Sequence record: LC819007.1
Reading direction: 5' to 3' (one strand)
Length of the DNA stretch: 64,000 bases
The notes under the pieces were generated by a model. The model did not search any database. It was not told where the DNA came from and worked only from the letters and a program-made list of their open reading frames with translations. This document shows, piece after piece, positions 28,746-38,564 of the stretch. Position 1 is the first letter of the stretch. Each line of letters opens with the position of its first letter. Made by a program: the position numbers and the translations under genes.

Positions 28746-30833
28746 ATGGTGACTATCACTTCGGGTACGCCACGAATCTACCAGAACGGCATCACGGACA
28801 AGAGCCGTAAAACCGTTACGGCTGAGCGCGAGCAGATCCCCACCTTCTTGGCAAAAGTCTTCGGCTTCGCCAAGTCGGGTCCGACCGACCCGCAGTTGGT
28901 CGTGGGCAATTCCCGTACGCTCTTGTACGGTGCTGAATCGTTCGACGAGCGCGGCAAGTACGCCACGCACGCCACCGTGCTGTCCAACGCGCTCAACGCG
29001 AAGGCCAACACGCAGATGTTCCAACGCGTGGTTCCCGACGACGCAGGTCCGAAGGCCACGATCCGTTTGTCGTTCGATTTGCTGCCCACGCAAGTGCCGC
29101 AGTACGAACGTATGAGCGATGGTTCGATCGTCAAGACCGACGACGGCCTGCCGAAGCCGGTGACCGGCAACACGATGATCGCTGGTATCAAGGGTCGCTG
29201 GGTGGTCACGCAAGTCGCGGACGGCACGTTCGGCACAGCCACGAAGAAGCCGGGTTCGATGACCGACGGCGCGACGCAATCGCAGCTGTACCCGATCGGC
29301 GACTTCGAAGTCCCGTACTTCGGCGAAGACGGCAACAACGCAGGTCTGCGTCTGTGGGCACAATCGGCGCTCGGCCTGTCGCCCCTCGATGAGCGTCTGC
29401 TCACCGAAGGCAAGGTCTACCCGTTCCGCATGGCCTGCCTGAAGCGCGACGACGCGCTCTCGACCGGCCAGATCGTGCGCACGCAGAAAGACGAAACGTC
29501 GGTGCAAGTCACCTTCAAGCAAGGCGCGATCGATCGCAACACCGAAGCGCTGCTTGGCGTCGATGACGTGTTCATCCCGTCGTATCGCAACGTCGACGAT
29601 CTGACGCTGCCCCCGATCGAAGGTCCGTTCGGCACGGCGTTCATCTACGACAACTACGTCTCGGAAGTCCTGAAGGCGGTGTACGCTGCGGAAACGCCGT
29701 TCATCGACCAGTTCTCGGACATCACCGGTACGGACGCCGACGGCGAGCAATACCTGATCAACCTGATCGGTGGCTTCAGCTCGCAGAACGTGCCTTACCA
29801 GTCGCTCATCCTCGACACGACCGGCCCGAATACGGTGCGTCTGTCGGAAAACAGCGTGTTCTACGCTGTGGGTGGCTCGGACGGTACGATGAACGAAACG
29901 ACGTTCGCCAAGCTCGTGGAAACGCAGATGGCCGGCTACGCCGACCCGTCGAGCGAGCTGATGAACTCGATCGTGAACTGCGAATCGATCGTGATCGACT
30001 CGGGCTTCCCGCTCGAAACGAAATACGCGCTGATCAACGCCATCGCTATCCGTAAGGACATGGCGGTGCTGCTCTCGACGCACGACGTGCTGGGCGAAAC
30101 CCTCACGGCTGGCGAAGAAAGCTCGATCGCTATCGCGCTGCGTACGCGTCTGCAACTGTTCCCGGAATCGGACATCAATGGCACGTCTGTGTGCCGTGGT
30201 ATGGTGGTCGGTCATTCGGGCACGTTCCTCGACTCGACGTACTCGAAGCGTCTGCCGCTCACGCTCGAAATCGCGAAGAAGGCTGCTGATTACATGGGTG
30301 CCGCTAACGGCGCCTGGAAGGCCGGTCTGTCGTTCGACAGCGCGCCGCTGTCCGAAGTCACCAGCTTCAAGGACGTGAACGCCACGTTCAAGCCGGATAC
30401 GGTCCGCAACACGGACTGGAAGAACTGCCTGGTGTGGGTGCAGTCGTTCAAGCGCCGCTCGGTGTTCTTCCCGGCACTGAAGACGGTGTACGACGACGAC
30501 ACGTCGGTGCTGAACAGCTTCTTCACGATGATGGCCTGCGTGGAGCTGGAAAAGGTCGGCTACCGTGCGTGGCAGAACTTCACCGGTTCGGATCGTCGGA
30601 CCAACGCTGTCCTGAAGAAGGACGTCGAGAAGTTCATCAACGACGACGTGAAGGACCGTTTCGACGGCCGCTTCGTGATCATCCCCGAAGTGTACTTCAC
30701 CCAGGCGGACACGGATCGTGGTTACAGCTGGTCGACGCGCATCAAGTTGGGCGCAGCGAATATGAAGACGGTCAACACGTTTGACCTGGAAGCATATCGC
30801 ATCGACGACCTGGTCGCAGCCACGGGCAACTAA
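28746..30833 (+). CDS. Contractile tail sheath protein (phiKZ gp29-like)
   Basis: 695 aa; sheath-like C-terminus (DSGFPLETK, VWVQSF..FFPALKTVYDDDTSVLNS); very strong codon bias; followed by the tube gene. Confidence 0.88.
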   Translation: MVTITSGTPRIYQNGITDKSRKTVTAEREQIPTFLAKVFGFAKSGPTDPQLVVGNSRTLLYGAESFDERGKYATHATVLSNALNAKANTQMFQRVVPDDAGPKATIRLSFDLLPTQVPQYERMSDGSIVKTDDGLPKPVTGNTMIAGIKGRWVVTQVADGTFGTATKKPGSMTDGATQSQLYPIGDFEVPYFGEDGNNAGLRLWAQSALGLSPLDERLLTEGKVYPFRMACLKRDDALSTGQIVRTQKDETSVQVTFKQGAIDRNTEALLGVDDVFIPSYRNVDDLTLPPIEGPFGTAFIYDNYVSEVLKAVYAAETPFIDQFSDITGTDADGEQYLINLIGGFSSQNVPYQSLILDTTGPNTVRLSENSVFYAVGGSDGTMNETTFAKLVETQMAGYADPSSELMNSIVNCESIVIDSGFPLETKYALINAIAIRKDMAVLLSTHDVLGETLTAGEESSIAIALRTRLQLFPESDINGTSVCRGMVVGHSGTFLDSTYSKRLPLTLEIAKKAADYMGAANGAWKAGLSFDSAPLSEVTSFKDVNATFKPDTVRNTDWKNCLVWVQSFKRRSVFFPALKTVYDDDTSVLNSFFTMMACVELEKVGYRAWQNFTGSDRRTNAVLKKDVEKFINDDVKDRFDGRFVIIPEVYFTQADTDRGYSWSTRIKLGAANMKTVNTFDLEAYRIDDLVAATGN

Positions 30834-30906
30834 AACTGGCTACGGGAGGGATGCGTCGGCTTCGGTCGACGCGTCTCTTACAATCGTCATCTGAAAGAGA
30901 ACCACT

Positions 30907-31827
30907 ATGACACAACGCCTTACCGATGCGATCCTGGGCAAAGATATTGCTTACGCACAGGGTCGCCAGAACGCGATGCTGGATCTGCGCTACGGCGGCC
31001 AGATGGGCTACGCGCCGCAGCTCAACCAGATCATCTCCAACCAGCCGTATATCAGCCGTCCGCTGATCGCGCTGCTCATCGAAGCGCCGCTTGGCTTCAA
31101 TGACCTGCCGAATCCGGACTACTGGCTCGAATCGCTGCGCTCGCTCGTCGAGCTCCGCGCGCTGAAGATCACCGGTCTCGAATCGACGCTCGAAGTCACG
31201 ATCGAAGATACGTCGCCGGTCGGCGGTGCAGGTGAAATGCACCAGGACTTCACGAACGTGACGCGTGCACGTTCCAACCCGCAGTTCACCTGGCAGGAAA
31301 TGTATGGCCTGCCCGTGAAGTCGTTCCTCGAAGGCTGGGTCACCAACCTGATGATGGACCCGAATTCGAAGGTTGCGAACGTCGCGACGCTGGTGGACGC
31401 CGGTGCCCGCCCGAATGCAATGCTCGCCGACTACTACGGTATGTCGGTGGCGTTCATCGAGCCGGACCCGACGCACACGAAGGTCGTGCGCTCGTGGCTG
31501 TGCACGAACATGATGCCGACGGGCCGTATCGCTCAGGCAGAAGGTTCGCGCGATCTGACGCAAGCCGGTCAGCAACTGCAGTACGACGTGACGTTCTCGG
31601 CCATCACGCAAGTGGGCATGGGCGTCGACTACTACTGCCAGCAGCTGCTGAGCAACATCAACATCCTGGGTGCCAACCCGCTCGCGCGTCAGGCATTCAC
31701 GCAGTACGACACGAACAACGGCGGCCTGGGCAACGGCACGCTGGTCGAGCCGCGTCTGCAGGACGTTGGTTTCGGTTACAAGGATCTCACCGAGAGCCTG
31801 CCGAACAGCAACATCCAGCTGGGCTAA
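30907..31827 (+). CDS. Tail tube protein (phiKZ gp30-like)
   Basis: 306 aa directly after the sheath gene; T4 gp19-like size and pattern (AFIEPDPTH..VVRSWLCTNMMP). Confidence 0.82.
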   Translation: MTQRLTDAILGKDIAYAQGRQNAMLDLRYGGQMGYAPQLNQIISNQPYISRPLIALLIEAPLGFNDLPNPDYWLESLRSLVELRALKITGLESTLEVTIEDTSPVGGAGEMHQDFTNVTRARSNPQFTWQEMYGLPVKSFLEGWVTNLMMDPNSKVANVATLVDAGARPNAMLADYYGMSVAFIEPDPTHTKVVRSWLCTNMMPTGRIAQAEGSRDLTQAGQQLQYDVTFSAITQVGMGVDYYCQQLLSNINILGANPLARQAFTQYDTNNGGLGNGTLVEPRLQDVGFGYKDLTESLPNSNIQLG

Positions 31828-31844
31828 CCACTTCGGTGGTATTG

Positions 31845-31880
31845 AAAGTCGGGGCCTTCGGGCTCCGGCTTTTTCCTTTA
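31845..31880 (+). terminator. Intrinsic terminator after the tail tube gene
   Basis: AAAGTCGGGGCC-TTCG-GGCTCCGGCTTTTT. Confidence 0.85.
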
Positions 31881-31944
31881 TTTATTTTGGGTTTCCCATT
31901 TTCTGAAGGAAACCACAAATAAACTTGTTGCTCCCGGGGGAGAC

Positions 31945-32100
31945 ATGTATCACTTTAACAACATGCTGGCTCACGCTGTAACGTGGATGTGGTGGGGCTG
32001 TGGTCTGCGTATGCCGACCTATCAGGATTATTGGCAGGCAGGCTGCGAGCATCAACTGAAACAGCACGGTCACATACTGCCCAACATTCCGGGTTGTTGA
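31945..32100 (+). CDS. Small 51-aa Trp/Cys/His-rich protein, absent from the ORF track
   Basis: GGGGGAGAC-ATG RBS; translates MYHFNNMLAHAVTWMWWGCGLRMPTYQDYWQAGCEHQLKQHGHILPNIPGC; bounded by terminators on both sides. Confidence 0.45.
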   Translation: MYHFNNMLAHAVTWMWWGCGLRMPTYQDYWQAGCEHQLKQHGHILPNIPGC

Positions 32101-32121
32101 AACAAAAAAATAAAGGAAAGA

Positions 32122-32163
32122 GCATAGAGACGGGGTCTTCGGACCCCGTCTCTTTTATGCTGC
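32122..32163. terminator. Bidirectional hairpin with TATG tails
   Basis: AGAGACGGGGTC-TTCG-GACCCCGTCTCT. Confidence 0.85.
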
Positions 32164-32330
32164 TATTCGTGTTGCGTGCGGTGAGGTCCAACCGGAGTCG
32201 GGGTGACTGCCGAAGAGGAAGCTCCGCCCTGAGCACCGTAAGCTGGTACAGGGGGATCGTCTCCACCACCACAGGCCGCGAGGAAACACACCAGCGCAAG
32301 CGCCAGCAGGAACGTAAGGTAAGGTCGCAT
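32163..32330 (-). CDS. Small lipoprotein (55 aa)
   Basis: Signal peptide MRPYLTFLLALALVCFLAA-C with lipobox LAAC followed by GGG; terminators on both sides. Confidence 0.6.
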   Translation of the reverse strand: MRPYLTFLLALALVCFLAACGGGDDPPVPAYGAQGGASSSAVTPTPVGPHRTQHE

Positions 32331-32372
32331 CTTCTTGATTCTCCGAGGTGGGATGATTCGTAAGATGGACGC

Positions 32373-32420
32373 CAGCATAAGACGGGACCCGAAGGCCCCG
32401 TCTCGTTAAGCCGTTATGCT
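32373..32420. terminator. Hairpin with TATG tails
   Basis: GACGGG-ACCCGAAGG-CCCCGTC between the exported gene and the small lipoprotein gene. Confidence 0.75.
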
Positions 32421-32422
32421 AC

Positions 32423-34252
32423 TTACGGCGCAACCTGATAGCTCAATGCGGTCATCGCTGCACGCGTTGCTGTGGCCACCACATCAGTCACCGCAACATC
32501 GGAAAACTGCAGGGTAGTAACAGTCGGCGCCGGACGCATGTATCCCGCCATCAAGCGATTGAACTTCAGAGCAACCACGAGCGACCAGCCATTTTGAGCA
32601 GCAACCCCCGGCGCACCGATGAGAACCGAAGAATACGGAACACCCGGAGCAATGCTAGCCGGCACCGTGATCAGCATGACCTGATTATTGCGCGGATAGA
32701 TCGACCAGCTACCGTTCACCGGAAAACTGACCGGTGGCAGGTTAGTGTAGCTACATCCCGATTTGTTGCTCTTGTCGAACGAAACAACGTTGTTCGGCTT
32801 GACCGTCATGATAAAACAGCCAAAGCCGTCGACTACAGCAGATTGACCAACGGCGTCCAATACACTGGAGTGAGAAATCCCCGTTTGACCCAGCACGTTA
32901 ATGCTGCGACCATCGAGAAATTCAGAGGTGTAGGTCATCGAGTTGTTGATCCACGAAGGACCAAAACCAGCAGTGACGAGCAGTAGCTCATCATTCGCGT
33001 GCGAAACCGTTCCCAAATATCCAGTGGTGCCTTGCGGGAAGGCGCCGCGAATGTAGTCGGCCCACGAACTGATTCCAGTGTCACCAGCGATGGACAAAGA
33101 CAGTCCCGAAGCATCGAAAGTACGATACTTGATCGACAGATGATCATTGGTGTTGGTATCGTTCCCTTCCAGCGAAGAACCCACCGCCACTAGCTTCGTG
33201 TAATCGGGCCGCAGCTGCATGTAGCTCAGATAGTTCGTCCACGAGCCATCATCCTTCATCTCGTAGCCGCCATACGCAGTAATACCAACCCACGGATCAC
33301 TACCGAGCATCGTCGAAGGCGTAGCCGGCGGAACAACCGTCGACCAGGCACCGCCGGTTTGCATTTCCATCAACGTCGTAATCGTCTGCCAGCTCGACGG
33401 GCCACACAGTGCCGACCAGGCCAAAGTGTAAGTTTCGCGATACGGACGATTTTTGAAGTCGAGCATGTTGTTGCTACCGGTATATCCAGCCATACCGGTG
33501 AATGCATACAGTGGCTTAGCCAGCAGAGTCGATGCGTCTACGCTGGTACTGTAGGCCGGATCGTTGAGCATGGCGAGATAGTCGGGCGTCTGTACCGAGC
33601 TGAAATTCGGCGTCTGCGCGCTGTACGTAGTTCCCTTGGCAGCGAAAGTATTCATCGCCAGTTGAATCTGTTTCCAGGCAACGACGCCACCGACATGTAC
33701 CGCCGGTGCAAACAATCGCCCACCCGCCGACTGTATCTGTGTTCTGGTAGCGGGATCGAGTGAAACTTGGAAATCGTTGTAATCAACGTTCACATCGAAG
33801 TCCGGCACACCGGCGATCTGACGAGCAGCCGCGATTGCTTGATCCGTCGTTTTCCCTATCTGGGTTTGTGCAACCACCAGAGTCGTGTACGGCGTGATGT
33901 TCTGCACCGCACTGGAAACAACAGCTGCAAACGGAATGGTAACATCGTAGCTGGGACTTCCTACGACGCCACTGCTCGTGGTGATCGTTGCAAAGGCATT
34001 GATCTGACGACCAGCAACATCGCTCGAAAGACTGAGCGAGTAGTTACCAGAACTGTCGAGCTGAGCGCTCGGCAGCGTTGCGTCACATCCGCCAGCGCCA
34101 TCGTCGAAACAGACTTTCCCGCTGTTGGGATTTATTATTCCAACGAGATGGCCCGACAACGTTTGATCGACCACAGGGTTAGTTGTGGCCCAAGCCGGAG
34201 CCGTTGCGACAAGCGCAAAAGCAACCAGCCACTTCTTCAAAGACTTCAGCAT
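32423..34252 (-). CDS. Exported protein, paralog of the adjacent large lipoprotein
   Basis: Signal peptide MLKSLKKWLVAFALVATAPAWA; GAAGGAG RBS; shared blocks VCFDDGAGGCD..GNYSL and QNITPYTT. Confidence 0.75.
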   Translation of the reverse strand: MLKSLKKWLVAFALVATAPAWATTNPVVDQTLSGHLVGIINPNSGKVCFDDGAGGCDATLPSAQLDSSGNYSLSLSSDVAGRQINAFATITTSSGVVGSPSYDVTIPFAAVVSSAVQNITPYTTLVVAQTQIGKTTDQAIAAARQIAGVPDFDVNVDYNDFQVSLDPATRTQIQSAGGRLFAPAVHVGGVVAWKQIQLAMNTFAAKGTTYSAQTPNFSSVQTPDYLAMLNDPAYSTSVDASTLLAKPLYAFTGMAGYTGSNNMLDFKNRPYRETYTLAWSALCGPSSWQTITTLMEMQTGGAWSTVVPPATPSTMLGSDPWVGITAYGGYEMKDDGSWTNYLSYMQLRPDYTKLVAVGSSLEGNDTNTNDHLSIKYRTFDASGLSLSIAGDTGISSWADYIRGAFPQGTTGYLGTVSHANDELLLVTAGFGPSWINNSMTYTSEFLDGRSINVLGQTGISHSSVLDAVGQSAVVDGFGCFIMTVKPNNVVSFDKSNKSGCSYTNLPPVSFPVNGSWSIYPRNNQVMLITVPASIAPGVPYSSVLIGAPGVAAQNGWSLVVALKFNRLMAGYMRPAPTVTTLQFSDVAVTDVVATATRAAMTALSYQVAP

Positions 34253-34528
34253 TACTACTCCTTCTTTTTGTTGAGATACGATGCTGGGGTAAAACAGGGA
34301 ACCCCCGGGCTCCCTATAGGATTTCTTTCGTTTTGTAATAAAAAAAAATAAAGAGGTTATGGCATCGCCGCGTACCCTCCGGGGTACGCGGCTTATGCCG
34401 GTGTAAAAAGAGAGGATCGCTAAAATCCCGGTATGTCGCAATCCTCCAGAATAAAAAGCGGGTAGGACCCCAGGCCTACCCAAAACCTCCACGACGACCG
34501 TGTGGAGGATCTCCTCGGAGAGAAGAGT

Positions 34529-36208
34529 TCAGTACTGTACGTTCTGCTCAGCCGCGAACAGGTCGTTGAAACCCGCTTGATCGAAGTTGAGCACCGACTT
34601 GAGTGCCGGCGCCGCTTCGATGTGGATCTGCTCGATATGACCACCGTGCAGTGCCAGGCCCAGCTTGTGACCGTGGTAGACTTCGTTCGAGTACGGCACC
34701 GCAGCCGTGAGGAGCAGCTCGTTCGCAACGTTGAAGATGATCACGTTCGGGTTCTTCGCATGACGCGTCCAGGTGAACTGGCCCGGGCCTGCGATAACCT
34801 TGTTCGAGAACTTGTCGACCATCGTGCCCGTGCCATCCGCGTTGAGCGTCGTACGGACTTGACCGTTCAGGTCCACCGGCGTGCCGATGATCTGATTGAT
34901 CGACGTGTAGGTCGTGTCGTGATCGCCCACCCAGTTGCAGTGGGTGATGCCGTCTTCGGTCACCGTGAGAGTCGGGTTGGTGGTGAAGCAATTCCACTGG
35001 TCCAGATGCACCAGGTCATCGCTGCGCGTGCTGATCGTGACGTAGCCGACTTGGCCAGCCTTGAAACCTCCTTGCAGTTGCGTGCGGACATAGTCCTCGA
35101 TCCAGCCCGTCATCGCGTCAACGAACGTCTTGCCACCGACCACCACCTTGCGGAGTTCGATCTTGGTCGTGCCGCCCGTGATTGCGTCGGTCAACGTCAC
35201 CGTGTTACCCACAGCCGATTGCACCGTGGAGAACTTCTGCTGGTCAGCCACCGAAATCAGGTTCGACCAGTTGCCGTCAGCCTTCAGCTGATAGTTGCCG
35301 ATGTAGCTGCCGTAGCTGTTCGTATCCGGTTCCGTCCACTGACCGTTGACGTTGGCTTCGAGGGCATTGCGCACGCCGTCACCCGTCTGGATGAAGTGCT
35401 CGCGCATCAGCACGCGTTGCATGTTCATCGACAGGTATTCGTGGTGAGCGTAGAGGCCGCTTGCGAGCACCGTCTTGGCGTCCACGTCGGTCGAGAGCAC
35501 CGGCTTGGCAGCCAGCGCATCCACGTCAGCTTGCGTGACGTTGTCAATCCCGCCCTTGATCACCACAGCGTTCATCACGCCACGGACCACGTCCGCGTCA
35601 GCGTTGCCGTTCTTGGCGAACTCGGCAACCTTGTCGACCACCTTGGCCGCGAAGGCCGTGGTGTTGCTGTCGCCGTTGGCCACGTAGTCATCACGCAGAT
35701 TCACCGAACCACCCACGAACGAAACGACGGCAGCCGTCGCATCGTCCTTCGAGTAGCCGTTTTCCATCAGCGATTGCTGCATGGTGGTGAGCGGCGTGAC
35801 GTTCTGCGCCGTGTCGCCGTCGACCGAAGCGGTCAAGGCAAACGTGGCCGGGAACACGTAGTTCGGACGGTTCTGGTCGCGGGTGTTCGGATCAATCACG
35901 ACGAGCAGCTTCTTGCCAGTCAGGTCACCGCTGTACGCGATCGAGTAGTTGCCCTTGTCGTCGGTCTTCGCTGCCGGTTCGCCTGCATCGCACGCGCCGT
36001 TGTAGTTCAGGTCGACGCACACGGTGGCGTTCGACAGGTAGCCGTCGATGGCCTTGCCGGAGAGGGTCTTGCCCGTTGCGGGCTGGTCAGGCGCTGCGCC
36101 TGCGTTCGTGGTCGAACCATTCGAGCCACCACCTCCGCCGCCGCAGGCGGAGAGGACGATTGCCAGTGCGAGCGCACCGAACAGGGTTTTGACAGACTTG
36201 CGTTGCAT
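34529..36208 (-). CDS. Large bacterial-type lipoprotein
   Basis: Lipobox LSAC followed by GGGGGG; GKAIDGYLSNATVCVDLNYNGACDAGEP resembles a widespread proteobacterial lipoprotein N-domain; AAGGAG RBS. Confidence 0.8.
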   Translation of the reverse strand: MQRKSVKTLFGALALAIVLSACGGGGGGSNGSTTNAGAAPDQPATGKTLSGKAIDGYLSNATVCVDLNYNGACDAGEPAAKTDDKGNYSIAYSGDLTGKKLLVVIDPNTRDQNRPNYVFPATFALTASVDGDTAQNVTPLTTMQQSLMENGYSKDDATAAVVSFVGGSVNLRDDYVANGDSNTTAFAAKVVDKVAEFAKNGNADADVVRGVMNAVVIKGGIDNVTQADVDALAAKPVLSTDVDAKTVLASGLYAHHEYLSMNMQRVLMREHFIQTGDGVRNALEANVNGQWTEPDTNSYGSYIGNYQLKADGNWSNLISVADQQKFSTVQSAVGNTVTLTDAITGGTTKIELRKVVVGGKTFVDAMTGWIEDYVRTQLQGGFKAGQVGYVTISTRSDDLVHLDQWNCFTTNPTLTVTEDGITHCNWVGDHDTTYTSINQIIGTPVDLNGQVRTTLNADGTGTMVDKFSNKVIAGPGQFTWTRHAKNPNVIIFNVANELLLTAAVPYSNEVYHGHKLGLALHGGHIEQIHIEAAPALKSVLNFDQAGFNDLFAAEQNVQY

Positions 36209-36269
36209 GTACATCTCCTTGATGGAAACAAAGGGGGCGTTCAGTCTAAGGGGTAGACTGCTCAGGTTG

Positions 36270-36277
36270 GTAATATG
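36270..36277 (-). promoter_or_regulatory. CATATTAC putative early promoter of the lipoprotein gene
   Basis: Same 8-mer about 60 nt upstream of ATG 36208, overlapping the last part of the gap after gene 36298-37053. Confidence 0.55.
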
Positions 36278-36297
36278 AAGCTGTGAATCGTTTCGTT

Positions 36298-37053
36298 TCA
36301 ATAACCGCGCGTGTAGTACACCTCCCGCGGCGGATAGGGTTGCGGGCGTGCCGGGACGTAGGTGCGATAGCCATTAGCCAGCGGATACTGGCCATAACGG
36401 GGATCGTAACCAAAGCGTTGCGGCAGCACCACTCGCGGAGCAACATAAACAGCCGGCGGAGGCGCCGGCTGGTAGTAGTTGGGTTGTTGGACCGAGCGCG
36501 AGTACCCCCCGCACGAGTTGTAGTAGCACGTTTCCTGCGGACGCTGGTAGTCATTCAGACCACGCGTGGGCGGATACGCATTCGTGCGCACGACATCCGG
36601 CACCACGTACACCTGCGCCGGGCTGTCCTCTTCCGCATACTGCGGCTCGTCGTACTGGGGCTGCGCATACTGCGGTTGCGGCGGCGCAGCGTAATAGCGG
36701 GCCTGCGGATTAGCCGGGTAGTATTGCTGCGGCTGGGGTTGCGGAGCGCGGGCCGCTTGCTGGACCGTACCGTATTGCTGTTGCAGTTGCTGGGCTTGTG
36801 CCTGAGCCGCACGAGCATCGTCTTCAGCCTTCTGCAAATGCTTACCGCCGATCAAGCCATTGCGATAAGCACGCGCAGTCGTCGACATCGGTGCCTGCGG
36901 ATCTTCCAGCACGCCATCAGCATTGACCAAGCCATCTTGCTCGTCTTCGCTGAACGTGGGTTGCTGACCATAAGCGCGCACCGGACCATCGGCCCAGGCA
37001 GCGCTCGTGAGGGAAAGAAGGAATACTGCGATCAGGATGATTTGCTTTTTCAT
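36298..37053 (-). CDS. Exported Pro/Gln/Tyr-rich low-complexity protein
   Basis: Signal peptide MKKQIILIAVFLLSLTSAAWA; PQPQYAQPQY-type repeats. Confidence 0.65.
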   Translation of the reverse strand: MKKQIILIAVFLLSLTSAAWADGPVRAYGQQPTFSEDEQDGLVNADGVLEDPQAPMSTTARAYRNGLIGGKHLQKAEDDARAAQAQAQQLQQQYGTVQQAARAPQPQPQQYYPANPQARYYAAPPQPQYAQPQYDEPQYAEEDSPAQVYVVPDVVRTNAYPPTRGLNDYQRPQETCYYNSCGGYSRSVQQPNYYQPAPPPAVYVAPRVVLPQRFGYDPRYGQYPLANGYRTYVPARPQPYPPREVYYTRGY

Positions 37054-37078
37054 GGAGTGGTCTCCTTGCGCGACGGCT

Positions 37079-37822
37079 TTAGCCGCCCTTGTAGCCCATG
37101 TAATCGGCGTTCCACAGGTTGTATGGAACACCCGGTGCCCAGACGCTGGGCGGTGGTTCTTTGCCCTCCTTGAGAGCTTTCTCGATATCAGGGACTTGTG
37201 ATGCTACGTAATCCGACGGATCAAACATGTGTTCCGGAATGAACTCACACCCTCCAATCATGGCCATGCCACGTTCGTAATACTCGAAATTCATCATCAC
37301 GTCCGGGAACCGTTTGTGCAATTCACTGACGATCTTGAAGGGCGGTGACCAGGCGGTATCGAAATACACCGTCTTGTGGAGCGGGACGTAGATCGAATCG
37401 ATCGCATTCCACTTGGTGCCCCAGTTCGCCGTGCACCAGTGGTAGCCAAAGGCGTTGTAACCATCCACCGGCTTATCGCGCTTGTGACCGATAAAGTCGA
37501 CGAAGGCTTCCGGGTATTTCTTGCCATACTCTTCCGGCGACATCGTCTCGAAGTCCGCGTCCATTTGCCGGTAGAGCTCCGGATAAGGAATCAGACTGTT
37601 GAAATCCAGTGCGTCGGGCAGTAGGTGACTTTTCGCTTCGTAATAGCGACGGGTTTTGTGCTTGCGATCATCCGCACGCAAGTTCTGCACACGAGCCTGG
37701 AAGCGCTCGTTGGTCTCCCGAATGCAATCCAGGATCTGCTGGATGCGTACCGGCTCAGGGACCGAGTCCTCTTTCCAGTCCGAGACCCAGAAGTGGATCT
37801 CGTTGCGACAGTAATTCGGCAC
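37079..37822 (-). CDS. DUF1281/Api92(YubB)-like ferredoxin-fold protein
   Basis: GTG start after GGAGGAG; motifs PNYCRN, LDFNSLIP, NWGTKWNA, FDTAWSPP, EYYERGM. Confidence 0.75.
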   Translation of the reverse strand: MPNYCRNEIHFWVSDWKEDSVPEPVRIQQILDCIRETNERFQARVQNLRADDRKHKTRRYYEAKSHLLPDALDFNSLIPYPELYRQMDADFETMSPEEYGKKYPEAFVDFIGHKRDKPVDGYNAFGYHWCTANWGTKWNAIDSIYVPLHKTVYFDTAWSPPFKIVSELHKRFPDVMMNFEYYERGMAMIGGCEFIPEHMFDPSDYVASQVPDIEKALKEGKEPPPSVWAPGVPYNLWNADYMGYKGG

Positions 37823-37914
37823 TACTCCTCCGAACAAAAAAGAAAGATCAGCATAAAAGCGGGAACCCGCAGGTCCCCGCTTTCGATTGTAGAACCGCCG
37901 GCCGGAGCCAGTGA

Positions 37915-38412
37915 TTACAGTTCAGCTGCTTCGGCGAGCGCCTTCATGTTGTTCTTGATCGCGGCCCATTCGGTCTGGGTGCGCGAGCTGACGACATTGA
38001 TGCGGCCGACGCCGATCGAGCCGACGTAGTTCGAGACTTCGCCGGTGCGCACGTTGCGCGACTGGCCTTGACGCTTGAACACGCCTTCGTACGCGTCCTT
38101 CTTGTGGATCGGCGCGTGGAAGGTGACCTGCTGCAGGTCCTTGTTGTCCTTGAACAGGCCGACCGCGAGTTCCGAGCCGAGCTTGGTGAGCGCGTTGGAC
38201 TGCAGGTCCATGAACTTCTTGTGCGCTTCGTACGAGGCTTCCGTGATGCCTTCCGGTGCGTTCTCGAAGATCACGCCAGCCGGCAGCACGAGCGTGCCAG
38301 CAGCGGCGTCCGAGACGACGTGTGCGCGCAGCTTGGTTTCAGCTTCGAGCAGGTCGTCCTTGAACTTGATTTCGACGTCAGCGGATGCGGTGTTGTTGGT
38401 AGCTTCGGACAT
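37915..38412 (-). CDS. Hypothetical protein, probably highly expressed
   Basis: Extreme codon bias; AAAGGA RBS. Confidence 0.8.
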   Translation of the reverse strand: MSEATNNTASADVEIKFKDDLLEAETKLRAHVVSDAAAGTLVLPAGVIFENAPEGITEASYEAHKKFMDLQSNALTKLGSELAVGLFKDNKDLQQVTFHAPIHKKDAYEGVFKRQGQSRNVRTGEVSNYVGSIGVGRINVVSSRTQTEWAAIKNNMKALAEAAEL

Positions 38413-38564
38413 GATGTTTCCTTTACGGATTGGGTTAGTGATGAAAGGTGCTGCAAAGGGGTACTGCAAAAACTTGTGGCTCAGTTAGAGTCCCAAGCGA
38501 AGACTGTTGAAACGTGTGCTATTCGACATCGAATACTCAGCACGTGGTAAATTCGTGCCGTGTT

